From the NCBI GenBank assembly GCA_035459025.1, contig DATHYT010000045.1:13171-77170 (forward strand): DNA of 64,000 nucleotides. Direction: 5' to 3'. Numbering within the stretch: the stretch's first letter is position 1; the number at the start of each line of letters is the position of its first letter. Below, piece after piece: positions 56,071-64,000 of this stretch. Source of the stretch: Burkholderiales bacterium (GTDB lineage Bacteria; Pseudomonadota; Gammaproteobacteria; Burkholderiales; SG8-39). A model generated the notes under the pieces. That model was not told where the DNA came from. It was given only the letters and a program-made list of their open reading frames with translations, and made no database searches. The translations under genes and the position numbers were made by a program.

Positions 56071-56766
56071 GTGCCCGAGAATCCGGGCACCGTGGACTCG
56101 ACGCTGTACCTGATCCTCGCCACGCTGCTGTTCCTGGGCATCCACGCGCTGCCCGCGACGCGACTGCGCGCGGCTGCCGTGCGCGCGCTCGGCGAGGGCG
56201 CCTACCAGGGCCTGTTCTCGCTCGCCTCGCTCGCCACGCTCGTCTGGATGAGCCTGGAGTACGAGCGCGCGCCCTTCGAAGGGCTGTGGCCGGGACTGCG
56301 CCTGGTGCCGATTGCGGTGCTGCCGGTGGCCTTCGTGCTCGTCGCCTGCGGCGCCCTCGCCCGCAACCCTACCGCGGCGGGCCAGGCCGGCGCGCTCCGC
56401 CAGGAGGACCCGGCGCGCGGCATCATCCGCGTCACGCGCCACCCGGTGATGTGGGCCATCATGCTGTGGGCGGGCGCGCACCTGCTCGCCATCGGCTCGC
56501 TGCAGGCGGTGATCTTCTTCGGCGGGCTGCTGCTGCTCGCCGCCGCCGGCACCACGTTGCAGGACGCGCGCAAGGCAGCGCAGCTCGGCGAGGACTGGAA
56601 GCGTTTCGCCGCACTCACCTCGAACCTGCCGTTCATGGCGATCGCGCAGGGGCGCAACCGCGTCGTCTGGCGCGAGATCGGCTGGTGGCGGCCCGCCGTC
56701 GGCCTGGTCGCGTTTGCCCTGCTACTCGGGCTGCACGCCTGGCTGTTCGGCGTGCGGCCGTACTAA
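56071..56766 (+). CDS. NnrU family membrane protein
   Basis: 231 aa with a GTG start. 5-6 TM helices and the motif RVTRHPVMWAIMLWAGAHLL, typical of NnrU. Confidence 0.7.
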   Translation: MPENPGTVDSTLYLILATLLFLGIHALPATRLRAAAVRALGEGAYQGLFSLASLATLVWMSLEYERAPFEGLWPGLRLVPIAVLPVAFVLVACGALARNPTAAGQAGALRQEDPARGIIRVTRHPVMWAIMLWAGAHLLAIGSLQAVIFFGGLLLLAAAGTTLQDARKAAQLGEDWKRFAALTSNLPFMAIAQGRNRVVWREIGWWRPAVGLVAFALLLGLHAWLFGVRPY

Positions 56767-56830
56767 ATAGGGACAGACCTCATTTTTCTTTTCACATCGC
56801 GAAAAGAAAAATGAGGTCTGTCCCTATTTA
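56764..56830. repeat. 67-bp perfect palindrome (30-bp arms, 7-nt loop), REP-like element and candidate bidirectional terminator
   Basis: TAAATAGGGACAGACCTCATTTTTCTTTTC acatcgc GAAAAGAAAAATGAGGTCTGTCCCTATTTA. The left arm starts with the TAA of the NnrU-like gene. The right arm contains the stop (complement 56824-56826) and the last two codons of the convergent dehydrogenase gene. Confidence 0.95.
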
Positions 56831-57720
56831 GCGGGCAGGTCGAGGCTGGCGAGCGCCGCGTAGACCTTGACGACGGCGGCGTCGTCCTCCAGGCCGTGGC
56901 CCTGCGCCGCGGCGGCGAGGTAGAGCTGGTGCGCGGTCGCGGTGAGCGGCAGCGGAAAGCCGAACTTCTTCGCCGTGTCGAGCACGATGCCGAGATCCTT
57001 GACGAAGATGTTCACCGCCGAGAGCGGCGTGTAGTCGCCCGCCAGGATGTGCGGCACGCGGTTCTGGAACATCCACGAGGACCCGGCGCTGTTCGAGATC
57101 ACCTCGTAGAGCGTCTTCGGGTCGGCGCCGGCGCGCATGCCGAGCGCCATCGCCTCGCAAGCCGCCGCGATGTGCACGCCCGCGAGCAGCTGGTTGATCA
57201 TCTTCACCTTCGAGCCGGGCCCGGGACGATCGCCCAGCCGGTACACCTTCGCCGCGATCGCCGCCAGCACCGGCTCGCACCTCGCGAACGCTTCCGGCGC
57301 GCCCGAGGCCATGATGGTCATCTCGCCCGCGGCGGCCTTCGCCGCGCCGCCCGAGACCGGCGCGTCGATCATCAGCAGGCCCATCCGCTCGAGCCGCGCG
57401 CCGAGCTGCTCGGCGACGTCCGGCGCCAGCGTCGCGCTCGACACCACGACGGCTCCCTTCCTCATCGCGGCCGCGGCGCCCTGCTCGCCGAACAGCACCT
57501 TCTCGGTCTGCTCGGCGTTGACCACCAGGATCACCACCACTTCGCACGCGGCACCAAGGGCCGCCGGCGTGGCCGCCGCCTTCGCGCCCTGCGCGACGAA
57601 CGCCTTTACCACGTCGGCGCGCACGTCGTAGACGTGCGTCTCGAACTTCTTCGCCAGCAGCGACTTCGCCACGCCGCCGCCCATCGAGCCCAGCCCGATC
57701 ACGCCGACCGCAGTCATCAC
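56824..57720 (-). CDS. NAD(P)-dependent beta-hydroxyacid dehydrogenase family protein (3-hydroxyisobutyrate dehydrogenase-like)
   Basis: 298 aa. Shows GVIGLGSMGGGVAKSL, DAPVSGG and GPGSKVKMINQLL motifs. Confidence 0.85.
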   Translation of the reverse strand: MMTAVGVIGLGSMGGGVAKSLLAKKFETHVYDVRADVVKAFVAQGAKAAATPAALGAACEVVVILVVNAEQTEKVLFGEQGAAAAMRKGAVVVSSATLAPDVAEQLGARLERMGLLMIDAPVSGGAAKAAAGEMTIMASGAPEAFARCEPVLAAIAAKVYRLGDRPGPGSKVKMINQLLAGVHIAAACEAMALGMRAGADPKTLYEVISNSAGSSWMFQNRVPHILAGDYTPLSAVNIFVKDLGIVLDTAKKFGFPLPLTATAHQLYLAAAAQGHGLEDDAAVVKVYAALASLDLPAK

Positions 57721-58118
57721 CCCTCTCCCTTCAGCTTGCGCTGCACGCGCTCGTCGAACTTGGCGACGTTGACCACCACGCGCTCGTGGCTGCCGTCGCC
57801 GATCAGGTCCCTTTCGTCGCGCGCCTCGAGGCGAAAGCGGATCGTGCGCCCCTCGACCCCGGTCACCTCGGCCGTCGCGGTGACGCGCATGCCGACGGGT
57901 GTCGCCGCGATGTGGCGCACGTTGAGCACGGTGCCCAGGCTCTGGCGCCCGGGCGGCAGCAGCCGCTCCACGGCGTCGAGCGCCGCGGCCTCGAAAAGAT
58001 TGATCATCACCGGCGTGGCGAGCACGCGCACGCGGCCGCTGCCGACGCGCGGCGCGGTATGCTCCTCGGCGACCATCAGCTCGGCGCGACCGCGCAGCCC
58101 GGGTTTGAGCAAGTCCAT
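57717..58118 (-). CDS. hotdog-fold thioesterase (fluoroacetyl-CoA thioesterase FlK-like family)
   Basis: 133 aa. Shows VGSGRVRVLATPVMINLFEAAA...G..LNVRHIAATPVG...A.V..V.GR...F. The stop overlaps the downstream dehydrogenase start (ATGA). Confidence 0.75.
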   Translation of the reverse strand: MDLLKPGLRGRAELMVAEEHTAPRVGSGRVRVLATPVMINLFEAAALDAVERLLPPGRQSLGTVLNVRHIAATPVGMRVTATAEVTGVEGRTIRFRLEARDERDLIGDGSHERVVVNVAKFDERVQRKLKGEG

Positions 58119-58138
58119 CGAGGACCTATCATAGCCTT

Positions 58139-59389
58139 ATGACTCCCCGCGTCGTCATCCTCGGCTGCGGTTTCGGCGGCCTGTTCGCCGCACGCGCGCT
58201 GCGCAAGGCGCCGGTGGAGGTCACCGTCGTCGACCGCACCAACCACCACCTGTTCCAGCCCCTGCTCTACCAGGTGGCAACCGCGGGTCTTGCTGCGCCC
58301 GCCATCGCCGAGCCGATCCGGCGCGCGCTGGCGATGCAAAGGAACGTCACCGTGCTCTACGGCGAGGCGCAGCGCGTCGACGTCGCGGCGCACGCCGTGG
58401 TCCTCGAAAACGGCGACACGCTGCCCTATGACCGCCTGATCCTCGCCACCGGTGCCACCGACAGCTACTTCGGCCACGACGAATGGCGCGCGCACGCGCC
58501 GGGACTGAAGACGCTCGAGGACGCGTTCGAGATCCGCAGCCGCATCCTGCTCGCTTTCGAGCACGCCGAGCGCGAGGCGGATCCCGTGAAGCGCGCCGCG
58601 TGGCTCACCTTCGTCGTCATCGGCGCGGGCGCCACCGGCGTGGAGATGGCCGGCATGGTGGCCGAGATCTCGCGCCACACGCTGAAGGGCGAGTTCCGCA
58701 GGTTCGATCCGCGCAACGCGCGCGTGGTGCTGGTCGAGGGTGCGGATCGAGTGCTGCCGAGCTACACGCCGGACCTCTCGGAGCGCGCGCGCGTGCAGCT
58801 TGAACGCCTGGGCGTCACCGTGTGGCTGGGAAGAAAGGTGACGGACATCGACGCGCGAGGCGTGCAGCTCGGCGGCGACCGGCTCGAAGCCATGACCGTC
58901 GTGTGGTGCGCGGGCGTCGCCGCGAGCCCGATCGGCGCCACGCTCGGCGTGCCGCTCGCGCACGGCGGGCGCGTGATCGTCGAGCCCGACCTGTCGGTGC
59001 CCGGTCACCCGGAAATCCAGGTGGTGGGGGACCTCGCCTTCCTGCCCGAGCACGAGCCGCCGGTGCCCGGCGTGGCGCCCGCCGCCAAGCAGATGGGGCG
59101 GCAAGCGGCGCACAACATCGTCGCCGCGCTCGCCAGCCGGCCGGCGCAAGCGTTCCGCTACCGCGACTACGGCCAGCTCGCCACCATCGGCCGCAGCAAG
59201 GCCGTGGCGATGTTCGGCCGCATCCACGTCTGGGGCTGGCTCGCCTGGGTGGCGTGGCTCACCGCCCACATCTACTTCCTGATCGGCTTCAGGAACCGGC
59301 TGGTGGTGCTGATCGACTGGGCCTGGGCCTACTGGACCTTCGAGCGCTCCGCGCGCATCGTCGACAAGGGGGCGCGCCCGCCGAGCTAG
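58139..59389 (+). CDS. ndh: type II NADH:quinone oxidoreductase (NDH-2)
   Basis: 416 aa. Shows VVILGCGFGGLFAARAL, NHHLFQPLLYQVATAGL and a second dinucleotide fold, VVIGAGATGVEMAG. Confidence 0.9.
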   Translation: MTPRVVILGCGFGGLFAARALRKAPVEVTVVDRTNHHLFQPLLYQVATAGLAAPAIAEPIRRALAMQRNVTVLYGEAQRVDVAAHAVVLENGDTLPYDRLILATGATDSYFGHDEWRAHAPGLKTLEDAFEIRSRILLAFEHAEREADPVKRAAWLTFVVIGAGATGVEMAGMVAEISRHTLKGEFRRFDPRNARVVLVEGADRVLPSYTPDLSERARVQLERLGVTVWLGRKVTDIDARGVQLGGDRLEAMTVVWCAGVAASPIGATLGVPLAHGGRVIVEPDLSVPGHPEIQVVGDLAFLPEHEPPVPGVAPAAKQMGRQAAHNIVAALASRPAQAFRYRDYGQLATIGRSKAVAMFGRIHVWGWLAWVAWLTAHIYFLIGFRNRLVVLIDWAWAYWTFERSARIVDKGARPPS

Positions 59390-60273
59390 CCGCGCGGCGG
59401 TCCGCCCCACAGCCACGCCGCGCCGCGCACGCCGCTCGCATCGCCGTGCACCGGCGGCAGCAGCCGGGTGGCGACGAGATCCGAGAAGATGTAGCGTCCC
59501 CAGATCCTGGGCACGTTGTCGTACAGGCGCCGCACGTTCGACAGGCCGCCGCCCAGCACCACGACGTCCGGGTCGATCAGGTTGATCACCGAGCCGAGCG
59601 CGCGCGCCAGCCGCTCCTCGTAGCGCGCGAGCGTGGCGTCGGCGCCGCGGCGCACGATTTCCTCGGGCGCAACCCGCTCGCCGGTAGCGATCTCGTGGTC
59701 GCGCGCGAGCGCGGGCCCCGACAGGTAGGTTTCGATGCAGCCGGCGCGCCCGCAGTAGCAGGCGGGAAGCGGCAAGTCCCCGGCCACCGGCAGCGGCAGC
59801 GGGTTGTGGCCCCATTCGCCGGCGATGGCGTTGGGTCCGGTCAGCACTTCGCCGCGCACCACCACGCCGCCGCCCACGCCGGTGCCCAGGATCACGCCGA
59901 ACACCACCTCGGCGCCCGCGCCCGCGCCGTCCACCGCCTCCGACAGCGCGAAGCAGTTGGCGTCGTTCGCGATCCGCACTTCGCGGCCCAGCGCATGCTC
60001 CAGGTCCTGCTTCAAGGGGTGGCCGATGAGCTGCGTGGAGTTGGCGTTCTTCACCAGGCCGCTCGCCGGCGACAGCGCGCCGGGAATGCCGATCCCGATC
60101 GTGCCTGCGCCCGCCTCGCGCACCAGCGCCGCAACCGCCGCCAGGGTCGCCTCGTAGGCGGCCCGCGGCGCCGGGACGCGCTTGCGGAACACTTCGCGTC
60201 CCTCGTCATCCAGCACCAGTGCTTCGATCTTGGTGCCGCCCAGGTCGATGCCGATGCGCCTCCCGCCGCTCAC
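59386..60273 (-). CDS. ROK family sugar kinase (N-acetylglucosamine kinase/fructokinase-like)
   Basis: Inside ORF 59386..60435(-). In-frame GTG start at complement 60271-60273 (VSGGRRIGIDLGGTKIE). ROK motifs NDANCFALSE, GTGVGGG and the zinc motif GEWGHNPLP...CYCGRAGCIETY. Confidence 0.8.
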   Translation of the reverse strand: MSGGRRIGIDLGGTKIEALVLDDEGREVFRKRVPAPRAAYEATLAAVAALVREAGAGTIGIGIPGALSPASGLVKNANSTQLIGHPLKQDLEHALGREVRIANDANCFALSEAVDGAGAGAEVVFGVILGTGVGGGVVVRGEVLTGPNAIAGEWGHNPLPLPVAGDLPLPACYCGRAGCIETYLSGPALARDHEIATGERVAPEEIVRRGADATLARYEERLARALGSVINLIDPDVVVLGGGLSNVRRLYDNVPRIWGRYIFSDLVATRLLPPVHGDASGVRGAAWLWGGPPRG

Positions 60274-60433
60274 CCCCCTGCCCCGCCCGAGTCGCAGACG
60301 GCAGTCCACACGCCGCCGTCCTGCTCGATCTCGCCGGTCAGCCGTGCGCCGAGCTCGGCGAAGAGCACGCTGCAAACCCGAGTACGGCTGGAGGAATCGG
60401 CCACGGCTGGCTGCTATTCTAGCGATTGCCCGC

Positions 60434-62026
60434 ATGGCACAAGCATCGATCGCCGCCGACTATGTCGTGGTGGGCGCCGGCAGCGCCGGGTGCCTGCTCG
60501 CCAACCGCCTGTCGCGCGACCCGGCGGTGCGCGTCGTGCTGCTCGAAGCCGGCGGCCGGGACGATTACTTCTGGATCGACATCCCGGTCGGCTACCTCTA
60601 CACCATCGCCAACCCGCGCACCGACTGGTGCTACCAGACCTCGGCCGACGAGCACCTCGACAGCCGCTCGATCCACTACGCACGCGGCCGCGGCCTGGGT
60701 GGCTGCTCCTCGATCAACGCCATGATCCACATGCGCGGCCAGAAGGCGGACTACGACCACTGGGCGGCGCTCGGCAACCGCGGCTGGAGCTGGGACGAGG
60801 TGCTGCCGGTGTTCCAGTCTGTCGAGGACTACCAGCACGGCGCGGTCGATACCTACGGCGCGGGCGGCGAGCTGCGCGTGGAAGATCCGCGTGTGCGCTG
60901 GGAGATCCTCGACGCCTGGCGCGCAGCGGCCGCCGAATGCGGCATCGCGCCAATCAAGGTGTTCAACACCGGGGATAACACGGGCTGCGCGTATTTCCAG
61001 ATGAATCAGAAGAGAGGCGTTCGCTGGAGCGCGACCAAAGCGTTCCTTCGTCCCGTTCTCCACAGGAAGAATCTGACGGTTCTCACCGGCGCCCATGTGA
61101 CGGGACTGCAATTCGAAGGCAGGGCGTGCACCGGGGTTACATTTCGCGCCGGCCGCGACGCGCGCTCCGCAACGGCGTCGCGCGAGGTGATCCTCGCGGC
61201 CGGCGCGATCGGGTCACCCCAAATCCTGCAGCTCTCGGGGGTCGGGCCTGGTGCTTTGCTGCAGCAGCACGGAATTCCGGTGGTTCACGACCTGCCCGGC
61301 GTCGGCGAGAACCTGCACGACCACCTGCAGATCCGCATGCAGTACCGGGTCAGCGGCGTGAAGACGCTCAACACCATGGCCAACAGCCTCTGGGGCAAGG
61401 CGGCGATGGCGCTCGAGTACCTCGCGTTCCGCACCGGGCCGCTCACCATGCCGCCGTCGCAGCTCGGCGCGTTCTCGAAGAGCGACCCCGCGCAGCCGAC
61501 CGCCAACATCGAGTGGCACGTGCAGCCGCTGTCGCTCGACAAGTTCGGCGAGCCGCTGCACCGCTTCCCGGCGATCACGCCGAGCGTGTGCAATCTGCGC
61601 CCGGCCTCGCGCGGCTGGGTGCGCATCCGCGCCAACGACCCTTTCACCTACCCGGAGATCAAGCTGAACTATCTTTCCGCGCCGGAGGACCGGCAGGTGG
61701 CGGCCGACGCGATGCGCGCCACGCGCCGCATCATGGCGGCCAGGGCGCTGGCGAAGTACCGGCCGGAGGAATTCAAGCCGGGGGCGGCGGCGCAAACACA
61801 GGAGGCGCTGGAACAGGCCGCGGGCGAGCTCGGCACCACCATCTTCCATCCCGTGGGCACCTGCGCCATGGGCAGCGTGGTGGACGAGCGGCTGCGGGTG
61901 CGCGGCATCGGGCGGCTGCGCGTGATCGACGCCGCGGTCATGCCGCGCATCACCTCCGGAAACACCAACGCCCCCACCACCATGATCGCCGAGAAGGGCG
62001 CGCGCATGGTGCTCGCCGACGCCTAA
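60434..62026 (+). CDS. GMC family FAD-dependent oxidoreductase (choline dehydrogenase-like)
   Basis: In-frame ATG 60434 in ORF 60182..62026. Shows [37 protein letters not shown], and the C-terminal HPVGTCAMG ... [27 protein letters not shown]. Confidence 0.9.
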   Translation: MAQASIAADYVVVGAGSAGCLLANRLSRDPAVRVVLLEAGGRDDYFWIDIPVGYLYTIANPRTDWCYQTSADEHLDSRSIHYARGRGLGGCSSINAMIHMRGQKADYDHWAALGNRGWSWDEVLPVFQSVEDYQHGAVDTYGAGGELRVEDPRVRWEILDAWRAAAAECGIAPIKVFNTGDNTGCAYFQMNQKRGVRWSATKAFLRPVLHRKNLTVLTGAHVTGLQFEGRACTGVTFRAGRDARSATASREVILAAGAIGSPQILQLSGVGPGALLQQHGIPVVHDLPGVGENLHDHLQIRMQYRVSGVKTLNTMANSLWGKAAMALEYLAFRTGPLTMPPSQLGAFSKSDPAQPTANIEWHVQPLSLDKFGEPLHRFPAITPSVCNLRPASRGWVRIRANDPFTYPEIKLNYLSAPEDRQVAADAMRATRRIMAARALAKYRPEEFKPGAAAQTQEALEQAAGELGTTIFHPVGTCAMGSVVDERLRVRGIGRLRVIDAAVMPRITSGNTNAPTTMIAEKGARMVLADA

Positions 62027-62820
62027 CCGGCGTTCAGCGTCCAGTCGAACTCGGTGTAGCGCAGCCGCAGGCCGAGGCCGTGGCGCTCGGCGGCCGCGGC
62101 GACGCCGTCGTCCTGCACGTGCGCCAGGATGAATTCGAGCACGCCGCGCCTGCCGCCGAAGTCCACCGCGTACCAGTCGAAGAGCTTCGGCACCTCGAGC
62201 GTGGCGCCGCCGGCCGCAAGGCGCACGTGCGACGCGAGGTAGGCGCAGGTGGCGCGCTCCAGGTCGCCGGTCAGGTCTTCGGCCGCGTAGGCCGCAGGCG
62301 CGGGCGACGAGCGGCAGGCGGAGTACATGGCGAAATGCACGCGCTCGTCGAACATGTACGGCGCAAGCGCGTAGCGCGGCCCGTCGCGCCGCAGCGGCGT
62401 CGCGCCGAAGGCGAGGCGCGGCGCGTTCACCCGCAGCAGCCCGTGCTCGATCTCGTCCAGCGAGAAGACGTGCCCGCCGACCATGTACTGCGAGCCGCTG
62501 AAGAAGTCGCCCAGCGCGCGCACCCCGGCAAGCGCGCGGCGCGCCACCACCGCGTGCAGTACGAGCGCGTTGTAGACGTTGAGCCAGAAGGCGAGCCGCA
62601 AGCCGATATGCAGCGATGCGCAGTCGAAGTCGGCGAGCGCCCGCGCGGCCACGCCCAGTTCCGCGTACTCGGGCGACTCGGCGAAGCGCGCGTAGTCGAA
62701 GACATGGCGTGCCGGCTCGTAATGCGCGGCGCAGGCGGCGTGCAGCGCCGCGACCAGCAGTGCCGGGGCGTCGTCCGACCGGGCGTGCGAGTGCTGCTCG
62801 ATGGGATTGAGCACCGGCAT
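62023..62820 (-). CDS. DUF547 domain-containing protein
   Basis: Internal ATG (complement 62818-62820, MPVLNPIEQ...) of ORF 62023..63051. DUF547 signatures AFWLNVYNALVLHAV, SLDEIEHGLLR and HFAMYSACRSSP. Confidence 0.7.
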   Translation of the reverse strand: MPVLNPIEQHSHARSDDAPALLVAALHAACAAHYEPARHVFDYARFAESPEYAELGVAARALADFDCASLHIGLRLAFWLNVYNALVLHAVVARRALAGVRALGDFFSGSQYMVGGHVFSLDEIEHGLLRVNAPRLAFGATPLRRDGPRYALAPYMFDERVHFAMYSACRSSPAPAAYAAEDLTGDLERATCAYLASHVRLAAGGATLEVPKLFDWYAVDFGGRRGVLEFILAHVQDDGVAAAAERHGLGLRLRYTEFDWTLNAG

Positions 62821-62840
62821 CGCGCACGGCCGCCCGGCGG

Positions 62841-63413
62841 CTAGGGGACGAGCTCCTCGTCGTCGTGCTGCGGCTCGGCCTGGGCCTGTGACAGCGAGCG
62901 CAGCCGGAAGCGCCCTTCGTAGTCGAACAGCCACGTCTCCGTGAACGTGACGCTGCTCCCGCCGTCCAGGAGCTTCATCGAGGGGCGCGGGAACGGCTGC
63001 GCCTGGCGCAGGGTCTGTGCGACGAGCTCGGGCAGCCACGGGTTGTGCCACGGGGCGCGCACCAGGTCCAGGCGCCGCGCCTCGCCCAGCACGTCGATCT
63101 CGGCGCGCATGACGATGACCGCGCGCAACGGGTTCGGCGGCGGCCCCTCGAACACCCTGCCCGCGTTGGCCGCGTGCAGCAGCCCGGCAATTTCGCGCTG
63201 GTACTCGGCGAGCGTCGCGGCGCCCGAGGCCGGCGGCAGCGGGATCGAGGCCTGCGGCATGCTGTGGTAGGTCTTGGCCACCGCCGCGGGAACGTCAAGC
63301 GGCGGTGGCGCCGCGCAGGCGGCGAGCAGCAGCGCGAGCGCCGCAAGGGCTTGAAAACCATGCCCGCGGCCCCCAGCTTGCGCTACCATCCCGCAGCATT
63401 TTTCCGGCGGCAT
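62841..63413 (-). CDS. putative lipoprotein of unknown function
   Basis: 190 aa (or 182 aa from ATG at complement 63387-63389). Lipobox LLAAC after a hydrophobic stretch. No family recognised. Confidence 0.45.
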   Translation of the reverse strand: MPPEKCCGMVAQAGGRGHGFQALAALALLLAACAAPPPLDVPAAVAKTYHSMPQASIPLPPASGAATLAEYQREIAGLLHAANAGRVFEGPPPNPLRAVIVMRAEIDVLGEARRLDLVRAPWHNPWLPELVAQTLRQAQPFPRPSMKLLDGGSSVTFTETWLFDYEGRFRLRSLSQAQAEPQHDDEELVP

Positions 63414-63428
63414 GAGGAGAGATCATAA

Positions 63429-64000
63429 ATGAAGCGCGTCGTCTTGTTTCTGGCCACCAACATCGCGGTGCTGCTGCTGCTGTCGGTGGTGATCAGCGTG
63501 CTCGGGCTGGACCGCTGGCTCGCGGCCGAAGGCATCAATTACCAGGGGCTGCTGGTGTTCTCGGCGGTGATCGGCTTCGGCGGCGCCTTCATCTCGCTCG
63601 CGATGTCCAAGACCATGGCGAAGTGGTCCACCGGGGCCCGCGTCATCGACGGCACCGAGGGCACCACCGAGTATTGGCTGGTGCAGACCGTGAAGCGCCT
63701 GGCCGAGAAGGCCGGCATCGGCATGCCCGAGGTGGCAGTGTATGAAGGCGCGCCCAACGCGTTCGCCACCGGTGCGTTCAGGAACTCCTCGCTGGTCGCC
63801 GTCTCCACCGGCCTGGTGCAGTCGATGAGCAAGGAAGAAGTGGAAGCCGTGCTCGGCCACGAGATCGGCCACGTCGCCAACGGCGACATGGTGACGCTCA
63901 CCCTGATCCAGGGCGTGGTCAACACCTTCGTGATTTTCCTGTCGCGCGTGGTCGCCTTTTTCGTCGACAAGGTGATCTTCCGCACCGAGCGCGGCGTCGG
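63429..64000 (+). CDS. htpX: protease HtpX (M48 zinc metalloprotease), N-terminal part; runs off the window edge
   Basis: Not in the ORF track because it has no stop. My own translation from ATG 63429 (GAGGAGAG Shine-Dalgarno upstream) reads [21 protein letters not shown]...[21 protein letters not shown]...[18 protein letters not shown]. It contains the HEXXH motif. Confidence 0.9.
   Translation, partial: MKRVVLFLATNIAVLLLLSVVISVLGLDRWLAAEGINYQGLLVFSAVIGFGGAFISLAMSKTMAKWSTGARVIDGTEGTTEYWLVQTVKRLAEKAGIGMPEVAVYEGAPNAFATGAFRNSSLVAVSTGLVQSMSKEEVEAVLGHEIGHVANGDMVTLTLIQGVVNTFVIFLSRVVAFFVDKVIFRTERGV

Overview
The window is 64 kb of very GC-rich bacterial chromosome, roughly 68-70% GC judged by eye. 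The gene content (a Bug/TctCBA tripartite tricarboxylate transporter, a 1607-aa NAD-glutamate dehydrogenase, a CspA-type cold-shock gene) fits a Betaproteobacteria/Burkholderiales-like organism, but that assignment is inference only.

I support about 55 protein-coding genes, two of them cut by the window edges. I see no rRNA, tRNA, CRISPR array, transposase, integrase or phage gene. Content is core-genome housekeeping and metabolism: glnS, ettA, pepN, htpX, rhlE, a DegP-like protease, an NfeD/stomatin pair, NDH-2, dehydrogenases and transporters. It also carries c-di-GMP components, namely a GGDEF-EAL protein and a YcgR-like PilZ protein.

All product calls come from motifs and family signatures recognised by eye in the supplied translations. 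No database search was possible. Many long ORFs in the track are out-of-frame or antisense shadows of real genes, which is typical at this GC, and I discarded them.

The most unusual thing visible in the sequence is an 1836-codon tandem-duplicated UvrA gene.
- It carries three low-GC, hairpin-forming insertions that are read through in frame.
- One of them, a perfect 19-bp inverted repeat, encodes essentially the whole linker between the two UvrA modules.
- That element shares its 16-nt core with a 67-bp perfect intergenic palindrome about 10 kb away, which suggests a dispersed REP-like family colonising coding sequence.

Other points worth a second look:
- An RhlE-type DEAD-box helicase whose conserved N-terminus can only be translated from an ATT codon behind a good Shine-Dalgarno.
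- A rubrerythrin-like / RdhA-like / small secreted protein operon.
- A 4 x 48-bp in-frame tandem repeat in a DUF3300 gene whose ORF overlaps the next gene by 200 nt.
- Several stop/start-overlapping gene pairs with no obvious functional link.

I did not find a convincing multi-gene defence or mobile system.
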